A stretch of DNA of 64,000 bases from Chromera velia (taxonomy: Eukaryota): assembly GCA_018398765.1 (NCBI GenBank), contig JAHBMJ010000013.1, positions 62,001 through 126,000 on the forward strand, written 5' to 3'. Below, in pieces: positions 11,405-24,294 of the stretch. The notes below the pieces were generated by a model. The model saw nothing but the letters and a program-made list of their open reading frames with translations, was not told the origin of the DNA and made no database searches. Position numbers and translations under genes: made by a program. Numbering within the stretch: the first letter of the stretch is position 1; every line of letters begins with the position of its first letter.

Positions 11405-14400
11405 GCGGAAGGAAGGAGAGAAGGGGGGCGCGGTGGTGATGAATGACCGAGTGTGTGCAGAAAGAAACACGGAATGGGTCGAAGGATAAAGAACGCTTTT
11501 GTGCGTGTTAACGCTCTACTTGGGTGGTTGTGGGAGGGCGGGGAAAATCTGAGTGTTAATTTAGTTTGCTTTGATTTGTCTTTTTGTTGGAAGGATCCTT
11601 GAAAGTGACAGAAAAAATGTCTGTTGGCTTCATTTCCTTGGCTCCTTCTTTCTTTTCATGGCTGGAGCTGCAAGAGGTGAGTGCCGTGTTTGTTTGCGAG
11701 ACAGAAAGAAAGACAGACAGACCGTGTGGTCGGCAGGTCGCTCTCATTTTTCTCCTGTTGCCTGCCTTCCTTTCCTTTTCCCCTCTATCGTCTGTTGGTC
11801 CGTACATGTACTCTGTTCGTGTTTGTTTCTTTTGTAGAAGGCGGCGGGAAATGAGCGGGAAATGAGCTGTACCCATTTTTCTTTCTTTTTTCCTATTCCC
11901 CGTCTTTCTTTTTCCTTTTTGGTGTGCGGTGGCGGGGGTGAAAAGTTCCATCCCCTTTTCTTGCGTGAAACCGAAAAAAGGGAAAAAATTGAAATCACAA
12001 AAAGATGGAAACGTCTCAAGATGGCGACGAAAAAAACGACAAAACAGTGGGAGAACGGGAGACCCTCTCTCTGCATGCACTTGTTGTGTTTTTTTGTCCG
12101 ATTTTCCCGTTCTACTCGTTGTTCGACGTTATGGTCTCTGTCTGCATTTTTTCAACGACGTGAAAAAATCCTCTCCTCAGCTCTTCCCTTTCTTCCTGCC
12201 TTTCCTTCCCCGCCTTCACTGCTTGACGAACAAGTCGTTTCCTTCCCCTTTCAATCTTCGCCCCTTTCTCTGTCAGCCCATCCGTCTGTTTCATCTCTTA
12301 TCTCTTCCTCTCCTCCTTTCACGCTCTCTCCTTCTCCTCCTCAGCAGGACGATCCGTCTTTTTCCGCGCGTGACAGACAAGACACACAAGTATGCAATTT
12401 GACTTTATTTCGGGGGCCAGGGAGTGTGAGAGAGATCAGGAAGTCCGAAAAAAAGGGGGCACTAAAGGCACATGTACATCAAGGGGGGCAGTAATTGATC
12501 TGAAGAATTTTGGTATCTCACGTCATGTCTGTTTTTCATGTCAGCAAGATTGAGAGCAGAAGGGGAGTTGGGTTGGGTCAGCGAGACGGGAGACGAGGTA
12601 AAGCACTAGGAATGTGTGTGTCGTGCCGTGCTTCTTTTCTTGTTTCTTTTTTTAATACCCCCGCTCTTTCTTCCCTCTTTTCATCGCACCTCGATAGTAG
12701 TAGCAGTAGTCATTGGAAAGGGACGGCAATACTAACTGACGGAAAAAAGGAAAGCAGAGACGATCAATCAATCAAATCAGAGAGAAGCAGGTGTCTTCCC
12801 GCAGAGACAGTGAGCCTGCGTGCGGGTAAGACGAGAAAAGTGACAATATGGGCAAAGGCCTAGAGATCGGTCCGATTGGGGAGAGAGAGAGAGACAGAGA
12901 GAAGCTGGGCATTCATTTTTCTACCTGGCCCCATCTGCCTGCTGCGGTTTGAAGGCAGTGGGAGGGGGGCAGTGCGTCGGTCTGCTTTGGCTTCTTTTCC
13001 TGCACATTCATTGCAGCGTTTTGTAGTCTCGATTGTTTGTTTGTATGGCGTGATGGGAGAAAGAAGAGGGAAGGAAAAGATGGGAGCAGATGGCCTTGTG
13101 ATGAATGCGGGTCGAGCAGAATGGAAACAATGCAGAACCATTTTTGATTAGGCGGGCACTTATAGGTGTCAATGTTTTTCCTTTTTCTCTGACTTCATCC
13201 TCTCCTTGCTTGCTCTGCTGTGTCTGTTTGTCTGTGACGGTAGGATGGTGGCAGGGTGTCACTTGCAGCATTAATGGTTCGAGTTCTCTTTGTGGAATGA
13301 GTCAAAAAGGAAGGAGGCAGGTCCCTTTCTTCATCTGTCTCTACTTTTTTTCTGAAGAATTGGCTGTCTCCTATCTGTCAAACACCCGATTCCCTCTCCC
13401 GTTTTTGATCGCCCCTCCCTCACTTCCTCCCATCGCCCCCCCCGCCCTCCATCCCCATCCTTCTCTCTGATTGGATTCGTCCGAAAGGACGGTCGAACTT
13501 ACTAGAGTGTTCCCGCTCCTTCCTTTCCTTGCAGCGTCCCGCCTCATTCCTTCTCTTCGTTTGCGGAGAGGGTAGTAGTAGTTCTCCTTTTCTCGATGTC
13601 TCTTTCTCTTTTCAGGCAGGGCGGGAAAGCGAATGCAGATCCTCATCTCCTCAGCAGATGCGATGCGCCAAAGTCAAAATACTAGGAGCAGCGCTTGAGT
13701 CCTGCTTTCCTTCTTCCGCTCGTGCCCCCCTCTTTCTTCCTCTCTCTTCGTGTCTTCTCTTTTGAACTTTGAATTTTTCTCGCCTGCTTCTTTGTTGTTG
13801 GGATTGATGCATTTGTTCGTGAATATGTGGGTGGAATGTATTCATGGATTCATAGATGGAAGAGGCGAAGGGTGACGATAAACAAATGGCTGCATTGTTG
13901 TGAGGTGGGTTGGTGTAGCTCTTTTGATTCTTTCGTGCATGACGAAGGGGGTGTTCTGGTAGAGGGCAAAGACATGCAGAGAAGGACTTCGCCCCGAAGG
14001 ACGAAAGGAAGGAGGACATTTCGGTGGCTTAATTGATGTTAGAAGGAGAACAGAGGAGGAGGGAGACCACTGAACGTGTCCGTACGCCTCGCTGCCCGAG
14101 ATTCTCGGGGTGCGAAGATCCGGCCGGTAACTTTAGAGGACAAGGCGAGGCGAGAGATGTATGTGGCGATCGAAGGAGGACCAGAATCACTACCGGGGAG
14201 GAAATTAAGACTTTTTGAGAAGCCTGGTGCCGTGCGCAGCACACAAAGGTGGAAGGTGCAAAGGTGTCTGGGTCTGGCAGTAGATTATAGTCTAGATTCT
14301 AGTAGACTCTAGAATGGATTGAACAAAACAGTGCAACATGAATAATCATAGATTGATTCAATTTGATTGGCAGACTGATTCAATATTATGGTCGCAACTA

Positions 14401-16227
14401 TATGTTTAAAAGAATTTTTAATATTCTTAGACTATAAACTCTAACAACACTAGCTATATAGAATTTTGTGTAGTGATAACTCTATAATTCATGTAATTTA
14501 TAAGAAGCTAAATATGAAGTAATGATAGTATGATCAATGCCTAGTCAATGTGGAGAGGTTACGCCGCGGACTATGTCTTAAAAATTTGTTTACCACTTTG
14601 ATACTATACCAGATTCACCCATACTTTGCCCACGTTTGCACTGCCTTCCGGGGCCGCCCGTGCATGCATTTCTCTGCCATCTCTTTTCTGGCTGGAGAGA
14701 TCGTGCAAAGTCGAGGCAGGGGGAGATCTTAGGTCACAGCTCAAGTGACCAAATGGGGGTCTCCAAAGTTGCTGATTACATCTTTGAGGTCGGGGGGGTC
14801 CATAGAACAGCCTTTTCCATCAAATTTTTATTGGAGTGATAAGAACTGAAAGATTTGCCCATCCGTCTCCCTGCATGCCCCTCTGTCTATATGTGTCGCT
14901 TTCTTCTTTCTGCAGGGCACCCACCAGACCGTCCACCCGGGAGGCTGACGACTCTTTTCTCTCTCTAGGTTAGATTGAGGAATCCTGAGCTGTGACTGAG
15001 GCAGTGCACGCTTCTTGTAGGCTGCAATGCATGAGTGCCCCCTCACTTTTGGGCAGGCTCTTTACATGGATTTATCTGGAGTTTTTTCAAACTTGGTATG
15101 TTTAGGTGGAGGACCCGAAACCCCAGTGGGTAAAGTATGGTGAAATATACGGTAAGCTACGCTTGATTGGAGACTGCCAAAGATAATTCTAAAGTGAAGG
15201 CAAATTTTTAGGTAACTGAAAGTCAAGAAACAACGGTGTAATCACGGGTTTAAATGACTAACATGGTGTGACATGCCAGACATGGTGTGTGGTCATGCCG
15301 GTGGGCCGCGTCTAGCCCAGTGACTAGCGCAGACAAACTTCATCATCCGCGCCGCAGGCGCGGACTAGCGCAGACGAACTTGAACGTTCTGCCTTTATAA
15401 GTGGCCCGTAGTAGCCCGTAGTGTTAGGGAGGTCCCAGCTAAGGGCCAGCTTTCTCGGGCCGGTTTGATTTCACTTGTGTTGAATTCTGCAAAGTGGGAC
15501 TAGGACCATATATGACAAAACACAAAGTTTGTGTACTTCCTATTAATTATTACTCCGCGTACGTTCGTACGCATGCAGTACGTACAACGAATCCGAAATA
15601 CCTCGGGGCGCAATGCGCGCCCACTCTCGCGTATTACTAATAATTAATATCGATAATTAAGTACAGAAGAATTAAGTTTGTTGCATGACTGGTTGCTTCA
15701 TCATGCTTCATCCATTATTCATTTTTCATCCTGTATACACCGATGACTGAACACAATCTGCTCTCTTGGATACGAAAAAGACGGTCTTGTATAGGTGCAT
15801 TCGGTCTCATTTATTGTGGATCGCGCGGTGTGGATTCAGCCGTTTTGGCCGTTTTCGGGATGAACATTCATAAACAACACTTGCCAAAACTTTGGTGACC
15901 AACATATCCCTTCACAGGTTGTCATTTTCACTCAAAACTTTGCCATTGTGAATTGATTTTCGACCTCCAGGCGGTGCGCGCAGAGAGACAAAGAGAAACC
16001 ATCAAAAGATCATGTCTGTCAGTGCTTTAGGGACTCAGGGGGGCTGCTCGCGTTCTCGCGGTGAAGTGAAGGCAGCCGAGGCTGACGGCTGGCTGTCTCT
16101 GGGTGAGGAGCCTGGGTCAGCTTGCCAGGCAGGCACCCTGCCTGCATGAGCGTGTGAATTTTCTGGCCTGCCCGGAAGGGGGGCTCTGGGCGGGACTCTC
16201 ATTCTGTCCGACCCTCCTGAGACTAGT

Positions 16228-17169
16228 ATGCCAGACAAATACAAAAGGCAGAAGGACTATGCTCGCAAGAGAAAAGCAGCCAGAAGAGCCAGTCATCAAA
16301 ACGACCCCCCCCCCGACATCATACCAGAAGCGGCGCTGGCAGAAATCGACCAAGTGGAGGCAGAGGAAGAGGCAGGAGTGGTGGAAGAGCAAGTTCAGGA
16401 TGAAGCAGAGGGGGAGCAAGAAGTAGAAGAAGAGGGAGGGGAGGAGGAAGAAGACGCTGAAGGAGAGGAAGAAGACGCTGAGGGAGAGGAAGAAGACGCT
16501 GAGGGAGAGGAAGAAGGCGCTGAGGGAGAGGAAGAAGACGCTGAGGGAGAGGAAGAAGACGCTGAGGGGGAGGAAGAAGACGCTGAGGGAGAGGAAGAAG
16601 AGATAGAAGAGGTGGACGGACTTGATGCGGGAGAAAACATGGCAGCATCCCCCCCTTTCCACCTCCCTGCCCTCTCCGAGTCTGCACAGCCGCAGCCAGA
16701 AGAGCAGGAGGGAGGCCCTATGAGTGACGAAGGAGGCGCCACTCAAGCCCTCCTGCCACAAGAGCCTTCGACTTTTCTCTCGCCTTTCCCTCTCGGTAGT
16801 CACCTCCCTTGCTCTCAGTCACTCGTGAACATCACGCAAGCAGCTGTCCCCTTCTCAAGCACTCCGTCGGCTTCTCACACACTCTTTGAAGGAGGGGAGC
16901 ACGTAGAGGGGGAGGCGGAGGAGGACGGACTCGATGAGAGGCCACTAGCAGAGGATACAAATCAAGCAGCTTCCCTCTCTTCCCACTTCTCTGCTCCCCT
17001 CTCTTCTCAACCTCTGCATGAGGACCATCAGGGGGAAGAGGTCGACTCAGGATCCGACATGGAGGAGTCAGACAGCGAAATGGAGGAAGAGGAAGAAGGC
17101 GCCACGCGAGGCCCTCTGTCACAGGAGCTCGTCATCTTCAACTCAACTTTCTCACTTCCGTCTCGGTAG
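16228..17169 (+). CDS. Low-complexity acidic hypothetical protein (313 aa), possibly a decayed gene
   Basis: Open frame with a basic N-terminal patch (KRQKDYARKRKAARR) and an E/D-rich body. An in-frame upstream ATG at 16012 is separated from it by TGA 16147-16149. No recognisable domain. Confidence 0.45.
   Translation: MPDKYKRQKDYARKRKAARRASHQNDPPPDIIPEAALAEIDQVEAEEEAGVVEEQVQDEAEGEQEVEEEGGEEEEDAEGEEEDAEGEEEDAEGEEEGAEGEEEDAEGEEEDAEGEEEDAEGEEEEIEEVDGLDAGENMAASPPFHLPALSESAQPQPEEQEGGPMSDEGGATQALLPQEPSTFLSPFPLGSHLPCSQSLVNITQAAVPFSSTPSASHTLFEGGEHVEGEAEEDGLDERPLAEDTNQAASLSSHFSAPLSSQPLHEDHQGEEVDSGSDMEESDSEMEEEEEGATRGPLSQELVIFNSTFSLPSR
16438..16599 (+). repeat. 21-bp coding tandem repeat (EGEEEDA), about 7 copies
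   Basis: The unit gagggagaggaagaagacgct is repeated. Confidence 0.9.
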
Positions 17170-20100
17170 CCACCGCTTGGAACAGCATGAAGACGGCGAG
17201 GAAGAAGGACAGGTAATTTAAGGAATGCATGTCGGTGGATTCATTGTCTGCTTTGAAATCAAAATCACTCCCACATCAATTCCATGTGAGAGGTTTTCTC
17301 TCAATTCTTGGGCCCCCTTTCTTCTCTTTTTCGATCGTTTGTTTCTCTTTTACTGTTTGGACTGCATGAATTGCGGCCAAAAGATGCATGGTGCTTTTAC
17401 TTCTTGCACTCCTCTGTGTCCTCGTTTGAGAGGACTGTTGTGTGTTTGACCTGTCTTTTCATTCAATTTTGGCGTGAGTGATTCTTTTGGCTGCTTTTAC
17501 TTCACTTCTTGATAGACTAAGTCTTCCTTAAAGTTTTCGACCATTTTGTTTCATCGGTCTGTTTTATTCCCCGAAGTTGCTTTGGCATTCAATGGTCTCT
17601 GTCTGGGAGTGATTAAGGTATTTCATGTACCTTTATGCATGCGGTGAATACGGGCGTCCATCTCTCTCTTCTCCTCCTATGCAGGGATTGAGCTCCGGGG
17701 GCAACGAAGACAGGAAGTCTCACGACCGCTCAAACAGAGCCAATGCTCGAATTCAGATGTCAGTCTCTCAGAAAGGTTCGGTATCGCAGTATTGTGTGAT
17801 TGGCTACTCGACACCTGGCAGTGCATGCATCAAGTCCCTTCAATGTTTCTTCATTGCCCTACCCCATCCCTGTGCACGGCAGTCTCACGCAAGCCTTAGG
17901 CTCGACCAGACCGCACAACTGCCGTCTAGGGCCCACGCGTGCTTGCTCTGAGAGACCTTTCGTGTCCACAGCATGTATGTTGGGGAAAGCACTCGAAAAG
18001 GGTGCATGATCCAATTTGTCTCGTCTCGTCTAGGCCGTAGTAGAAGAAAACGCTTAGTAGAATTTTGATTGGGTGTTCAATGACACATTTTTCGTGTGTT
18101 TTCCCGTCATTATCTAGTTGCATGGTCGCAACCCAATGGGCTGAGGCTGTGGGGTCCTCGGACATTCGCATGACGCGTAGACTAGGCGACAGTCATTGGG
18201 CTTATGTGGTGCGAATGCATACGCGCTTGCTTGTTCTGCAATTCACGGATTTTTACGCAGTCATCGTCTGTAGCAGTCTTGTGGTAGATCATGCGCTACA
18301 GAAGGTGGTAGAGGATGTACGTCTTCGTTGTTTGTGGAAGTCCGTCTGATCTTATGTCATCTGTCTTGAGATGAGGGGAGGGGAGGGTAGAGGAGCGGGG
18401 GTCCAGTCCGACCACGAGATGGACGTGCACGGCCAAAGTGAACGCAGCAGCAGCAGCAGTAGTAGGCGATCTCGGGAGACGCCGACGTGAACGTAGGGGG
18501 GGTTCTCATCGATGATAGACAATGGATGACACAGATGCGTGTGCTGATTTGTGCGTGCATGCGACCATGCATGTGTGATCAGTCTCAATCCAATCGTTGC
18601 GTCTTCGTATCTCTCCATCCATTTCTCTAACATTCTTGCAAGAAGAGACTCTCCTTAACTCACTCTTCCAGCTAGAGTATTACTAACTCACCCTTGCAGA
18701 GAGAGACTCTCGATCCTTAACTCCTTGTCCGTTTGTGTCAATCAAATCAAATCCCTGCAGGGCGACTCAACGAGGGGTGCTCAAGCAAGAAGGCAAAGGC
18801 CTCAGAGTCTCACTGACAGGAACGCGGAGCCGCTGAGATTAAGAGATGGGAAGAAAAGAGAACAAGAATTTTCAAAACGAACGAAAGAAAGAGGGGAAGG
18901 GTGGCTGCCGCAGTGCATACTGCACAGTAACTGTCGGCTCCTTCTTCTTTTTCCCTTTCTCTTTCATTTCTTTGAATTCAATTCAATTCTGCCGGCCTGG
19001 TTGGTGGGTCCAGACATGCAGCCTTTCTGCCCGCCACAGCTACTGCCTGCATGATTGATTCATCTGGTTGACGATCCCTTTCCCTGCTCGTGCACTCTTC
19101 GTTTCTTCTTCCTTGTTATCAAGAAACGTATCACAACATCCTCATATCACCCGTCCACCCGCTTAGTACGCTTACTTCCATACGACAAATAGAAGATGCA
19201 GCGATCGATTTAAGCGGATCCAACTCTGTTTCTCCCCCCCCCAGCCTTCTCCTTCGTTCAAGTTCGTCCTTTCCATGGAAGAATCATGCGCCAGCACGAC
19301 GTCTCTCTGCTGATGCCTGCACCCCTGTCTCAACTCTTGACCTATCTCGTGTGGGGGCCGTGTGGTCGTTTCCTTTCCTCACCCGTATACAGGCACGAAT
19401 TAAAGCTGATGGAGGGCGGGCAATTGAGGCGAAGGGAAACGGACCTTGGTATTTCTTCTCCTCAGAATCATGATATGTTGTGTGTATATGTAGAACTGAT
19501 ATGTACGTAATGTTACCTACTAGAATGCTACTGACTCATTATGCAGCGCTAAAGCTTTCTTTTACACCTATAGACGTGAATTTATTTTGAAATAATATTT
19601 TTGAATATATTAATATTCCTCAGAAAATTCTTGAATATATTACTTTGAAAGTGAGTAATTAGCTAGCTAGTAACGTTAGCTAGTACACGTGAATAAATAT
19701 ATTCCATGATTTAACACTTTGGTAAGTTTGGTTATAAAGTTATCTTCTAGTGATTATAAGTTATATTTGTTAAGCACCGTTAATTAAGCGGTATCAGATT
19801 GAACTTCTCATCATCAATATATAGTGATCATTATTAGTACATGATGCAATGTATAGCTAGAGGTGTTGCAATGGTGCGTAGATAGAAGGAAGAGTAAGAG
19901 AGAGGTGGACATGCTAGGAACGGATCTTAAATGCAGTTTCCTCTAGGATTTCCTCCTCATTATTAGTACATACGCCGTCGCCATGATGCCAACGCTATCT
20001 AAGTCAACCGTTAGTCGACCGCTAACTTATAAGTTATGTGGGCATTGACTTAAAGTTTGTTCCTAGCGTCTGGCCTATACGTCTTTCGTTATCAAGTAAA

Positions 20101-20214
20101 AAATTACTACCACTAGAAATTTGCCGAAATTGATAAAAAATACCTTTGCATCGGCACTGAAGGTAAATTTTAGATCATATAAAATATTATTAGTAGTATG
20201 TAGTAGTTAATTTC

Positions 20215-20253
20215 TAGGTTAGGATTAGGATTAAGATTAGGATTTATGTCCGG
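20215..20253 (-). repeat. Degenerate (TCCTAA)n tail preceded by ccgga-cataaa; possible 3' end of a dispersed (non-LTR-like) element
   Basis: The minus strand reads ccggacataaatcctaatcttaatcctaatcctaacct. A near-identical arrangement lies at 42831-42866 on +. Confidence 0.35.
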
Positions 20254-21298
20254 AGGATTGGCCTCCCGCCCCAAATTATGGCCTCCAATGCCAAATGCCC
20301 GACGTGCGGCTTCCAGAGAAAGCGCCGAAGCGCATCAGACCTCTCTGGCCGGCCCGTACAGGTCTAGCCTGTGCCAAGAACGGTTTATACGAGGTTTTTT
20401 CTGAGCTCGATCGATCAATTGCGCAGACATAACATCTGACACATTCGTGAGAGCAATTCAATAGCTGGAAATCAAGTGATTTGATGGGGGGCAATCATAC
20501 CGGACATTGATCCAGAGTAAAATGAATGACAATCTTTTTTCTTTGTAAGTTCTGAAATAAGGAGAGAGAGGTTGAGAGAAGAAAGAGAAATTGAGACCAT
20601 GTAAGAAGAGAAAAAGCTTACTTCTCTTTGTCTTTACACTTTTCAGCGTAGCCAGGAACGTTCCTTTTCCCGAGACGGTTAATTTACCTATAGTAATTTA
20701 TGGTATACATAAATAATTTTGAAGCAGTGCTTTCTAGTACTTTATAAAACTGTGGCTAGATCTATAGAATTTCAGAACGCGTTTCAACATTGAAGTTATA
20801 TATACATACAAGAACTTGTTAAGAAGAACAATCATTCAACGACGCACTTTTTGTTCTGAGAACCAGTCATGGAGCCACAGACAGAAAAGAGCGATCAAAT
20901 TCATTTGAAGCATAATTGACGCAAGCGCGGTTGAATCCCTCCGATTCTGTTGCAGTCATACGCAGTCCCCTCAGTCGATGCCCAAAGTCTTTAAACATCA
21001 GCGCACCAAGCTGTGTGCCTGTCGATACAACTGTTTGGCGGCAGGAAAGGGGGGAAAGAGAGGAAAGGGCTTCGAACGAAAGGGCGGAACATCGAAAAAC
21101 ATTTCTCTTCACTAGATGCATGCACTCACTCACACACACAGACACGCAAGGCGACGGTTTGAAAGGGTCACTTTATGAATTTAGTTACCATTTATTTTTA
21201 GAAGACATCTGTGATTGGATTTTGGTCACAGACGGCAGATTCTCATTCATTCTTTTTCTCATTCATGAAATTCTCAATAGAAGAAATAAGGGACGCAG

Positions 21299-24016
21299 CT
21301 ATGATGGCACCTTCCGACTGCTGGAACCCAAAACTGCCTCAGCCATACTCAACCGACGTTGGCTGTCTTCCTCTCCCTCTTCTTCTTCTTTTTCACTTTC
21401 TTTCTCCTCTTCCACCACTTCCGTCTCTTTCTCTTCCTCCGCTCCACTCTCCTTTTCCTCGACGTTTTGTACCTCCACTTCAACCGTCTCCTCTTCCACC
21501 TCTTCCTCTTCCTCTACAGGAGCAGGAGCCTCACAGTCTCCTTGATCCCACCCACACTCCTCAGTGTTGCATAGGGGATCACAGGACCCATCTCCCATCC
21601 ACTGAGGAAAGCAACCGGGACACCCAGCAACATCCGCACAGTCTCCCTCGTCCCAATTACACGACTCTGTATTGCACGCCTGGTCACACCATCCGTCTCC
21701 AACATGCTCAGGACGGCAGTCTGCATTGCACATTGTCGTGCAGTCTCCCTCATCCCACCCACATGCCTCTGTGTTGCATGCCTGGTCACAAATCCTGTCC
21801 CTCAACATCTCTACCTTGCAACCCGGCGAGCACTCAGACACAGAAGGAGTCGAGGCAGCAGCTGCACCCCCCAGCGTTGCGTCCCTCCTTTCCTCCTCTG
21901 CCCCTCTGACCTCAGGCTCCCACGCGTCTCTGTTCTCTTCCTCTTCACTGTCTGAGTCTTCCCTTCTCGATCTAGAGGGACGAGACGGCATGAAACGATC
22001 AAGGAACCCCCCACCCCCATCAGACCCTCCCAAAATACCGAGAGGGTCAAGGAATTGGGTGAGGGTGCCTGTTGTCAGAGACGGCAGGGGAAGGCCGTCC
22101 AGTCTCTCGCGTCCCCCCATGGTCTCACTCAGAAGAGGCACACCACCAGACCCAACAGCACCCTCCATCAACTCAGACGCTCTGTCCATCAACGAACCTC
22201 CAGTGGAAGACGAGGACGCACCCGAGATGCCCGAAGAACTGTCGGAACGACCACCGCCCGACGAGGCGGGAAGACCGAGAAGAGACTGCAGAAGGGAATT
22301 CCCCCCGATGCAGTCTCCCCCGTCCCACGCGCACTCACGCACAAAGCACGCGACTTGGCATTCGCCGTCTCCCAAAAGATCGGCTCTGCAGTCCTCGGCG
22401 CATTTCGCTGCAGAGACAAGAAGAGGGACAGATCGAAGGTGTGGATTCAGCATTTGAGTCCCTTTATGGAACACGCTTACTTCTGTTCTCATCTGGAGTG
22501 ACACCCTCCTACAACTGGTGACGTTCGGAAAAGAGAAGGGGGGTGGAATGAAAACGGAGAAACGGGTTCCATCCACTTAAGATAGAAGGCAGAATAATCG
22601 GTCTTTGAACTGGTGAGGAAGCCAAAAACCAAAACAGGCTTGACCCCGTCACTAAGCTGCTTCTCCTTTCTTCCCATGCATGAAAGGAGAGACTGCACAT
22701 AACCAAGCAGAAACCCACGACAGAGATATGGGAAAGCAAGCACGAAGATATCTGAAGGAAACAAGGAAGAAAAAGGAACTCACGGCTGCAGTCTCCTCCA
22801 TCCCAAGAGCACGCATCGTTATCGCAATCAGAGTCGCATCTCCCGTCTCCGATCTCGTCCTCCTTGCACGAAGAGGGACACTCCTCAGTGCGCCTCCCTC
22901 CAACCAGAGACTCCAGAAAGGAGACAGACGTCTCGTCCGAACGAACAAGGCGGGTAAGGTCAGAAGGAGAAGAGCTTATTGCGCCTGCTTCCTCTGTAGA
23001 TGCCGTCTCTGTCTCCTCCATTTCTTCACTGACATCCACAGCGGCTGTCACGTTGCCAGTTGCCTCTGTCACATTGCCTCCCGTCTCCCCCTGAGTTTCC
23101 AAAGTACTCTCTACTTCTGATTCTTGCATCCCTCTCAAACCCTGATCAACCCCCCCCACACCCCCTGACTCCAGACGCGAAAGAAGGGCGTCCACAGGCG
23201 ACCCCCCCACCCCGTCTCCCCCCGACCCGAAAACGTCACGAACAAAGAGAGAACGGACCAGACTGGTACCGAAGTCATCCCCTGAGCGCTGACTGGCCAA
23301 AATCTCATCTGGGGGCATGGCAGATGTTCCTGCCATTTCCTCCGTCCCTTCCAAAATCCCCCTCGCTCTTTCACCGTCGAAAAGCCCGACTTCCCACAGA
23401 GACGTCCTCTCAGAGAGGAAACCTCCCAGCGCGTAGGGGGACTTATCGTCTTCGTCATCGTCACTGTCTTCATCGAACGAGGGCAGCTGAAGATTCCGAG
23501 CTACCAGGTCCCATCGCTTCTCAAATTCCTTCTCTGAATTCCTTCTTTCTCCCTCCGTTTCGGGAAGCTGAAAGTTCATCAGATCACCAGCAAACACCTC
23601 CAAGAGACTGCTGTGCATTCGCTCAAAGCCGCCAGTCAATCCATCGGGAGCCATCAGCGCTGCACACACAGACAGAGACAAGGTGAGGAACGAAGCCACG
23701 AAAGCCAAGAAAGCAGCAATCCCAAACAGCGCTTACCATCTGGAAGCATCTTTGTGAGGAATCCGAATGGATCCTGTGCGAAAAGCTCCGCTTCCCCTGT
23801 CGCCCCCATCTCTCCACCATTTGCTGCCCTCTCTCTTGCCCTGCGTCCCTCAACCATTTCCATTACACTGCGTGCGCCTTCAACGAACAGATCGAAGAGG
23901 CCGAGTCGCCTTAAGCGTTGTTCTCTTGAAAGGTCAGACACCTGTTGCTGGCTATGTGCAACCAACACAAGGCTGGTGCAACACACAGCCAAAATCGACA
24001 GTGGAAGCCTTGCCAT
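21299..24016 (-). CDS. Secreted LNR (Lin-12/Notch repeat) protein with five LNR modules, ~754 aa
   Basis: Exons 24016-23737, 23659-22784, 22407-21299, both introns phase 1, frame open. Signal peptide MARLPLSILAVCCTSLVLVAHS. Five modules of the form C-x(2-3)-C...GDG-x-CD-x2-C-N-x3-C-x-WD-x-GDC. Acidic C-terminal tail; no transmembrane segment seen. Confidence 0.85.
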
Positions 24017-24294
24017 TCTTTCCTGCTTCCAAGATTAAGCTTCTAACAGAGTTTTCTCAGAGACAAGACGATTCCTAAGGTACATAATGGCCACACAGAT
24101 GCCTCGATCTCTCATCGCTGCACTTGACTTTGAAGACGAAACAACACGTACAGTGTATCATTTGCCGAACTGTCACCCCTGACAGTTTTTGCTTGAATCA
24201 CGTACCGCGAATTCGTGTCCGCCATGCATGCACATGCAATATCGCAAACTTAATTACCCGCTTGACGAATGTCAGGGGTGCTCGACGGCGCGCC

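Noticed and set aside
15322..15381. 19-bp imperfect direct repeat gactagcgcagac(a/g)aactt
   Set aside because: Two copies only, with no associated TIRs, TSD or ORF to support an element call.
16147..16149. In-frame TGA as selenocysteine or alternative genetic code (also 49612)
   Set aside because: There is no redox motif or visible SECIS, and intact genes here use TGA/TAG as stops.
20215..20244. True telomere or interstitial telomeric array
   Set aside because: Only about five degenerate TTAGGA units, internal; better treated as an element tail.
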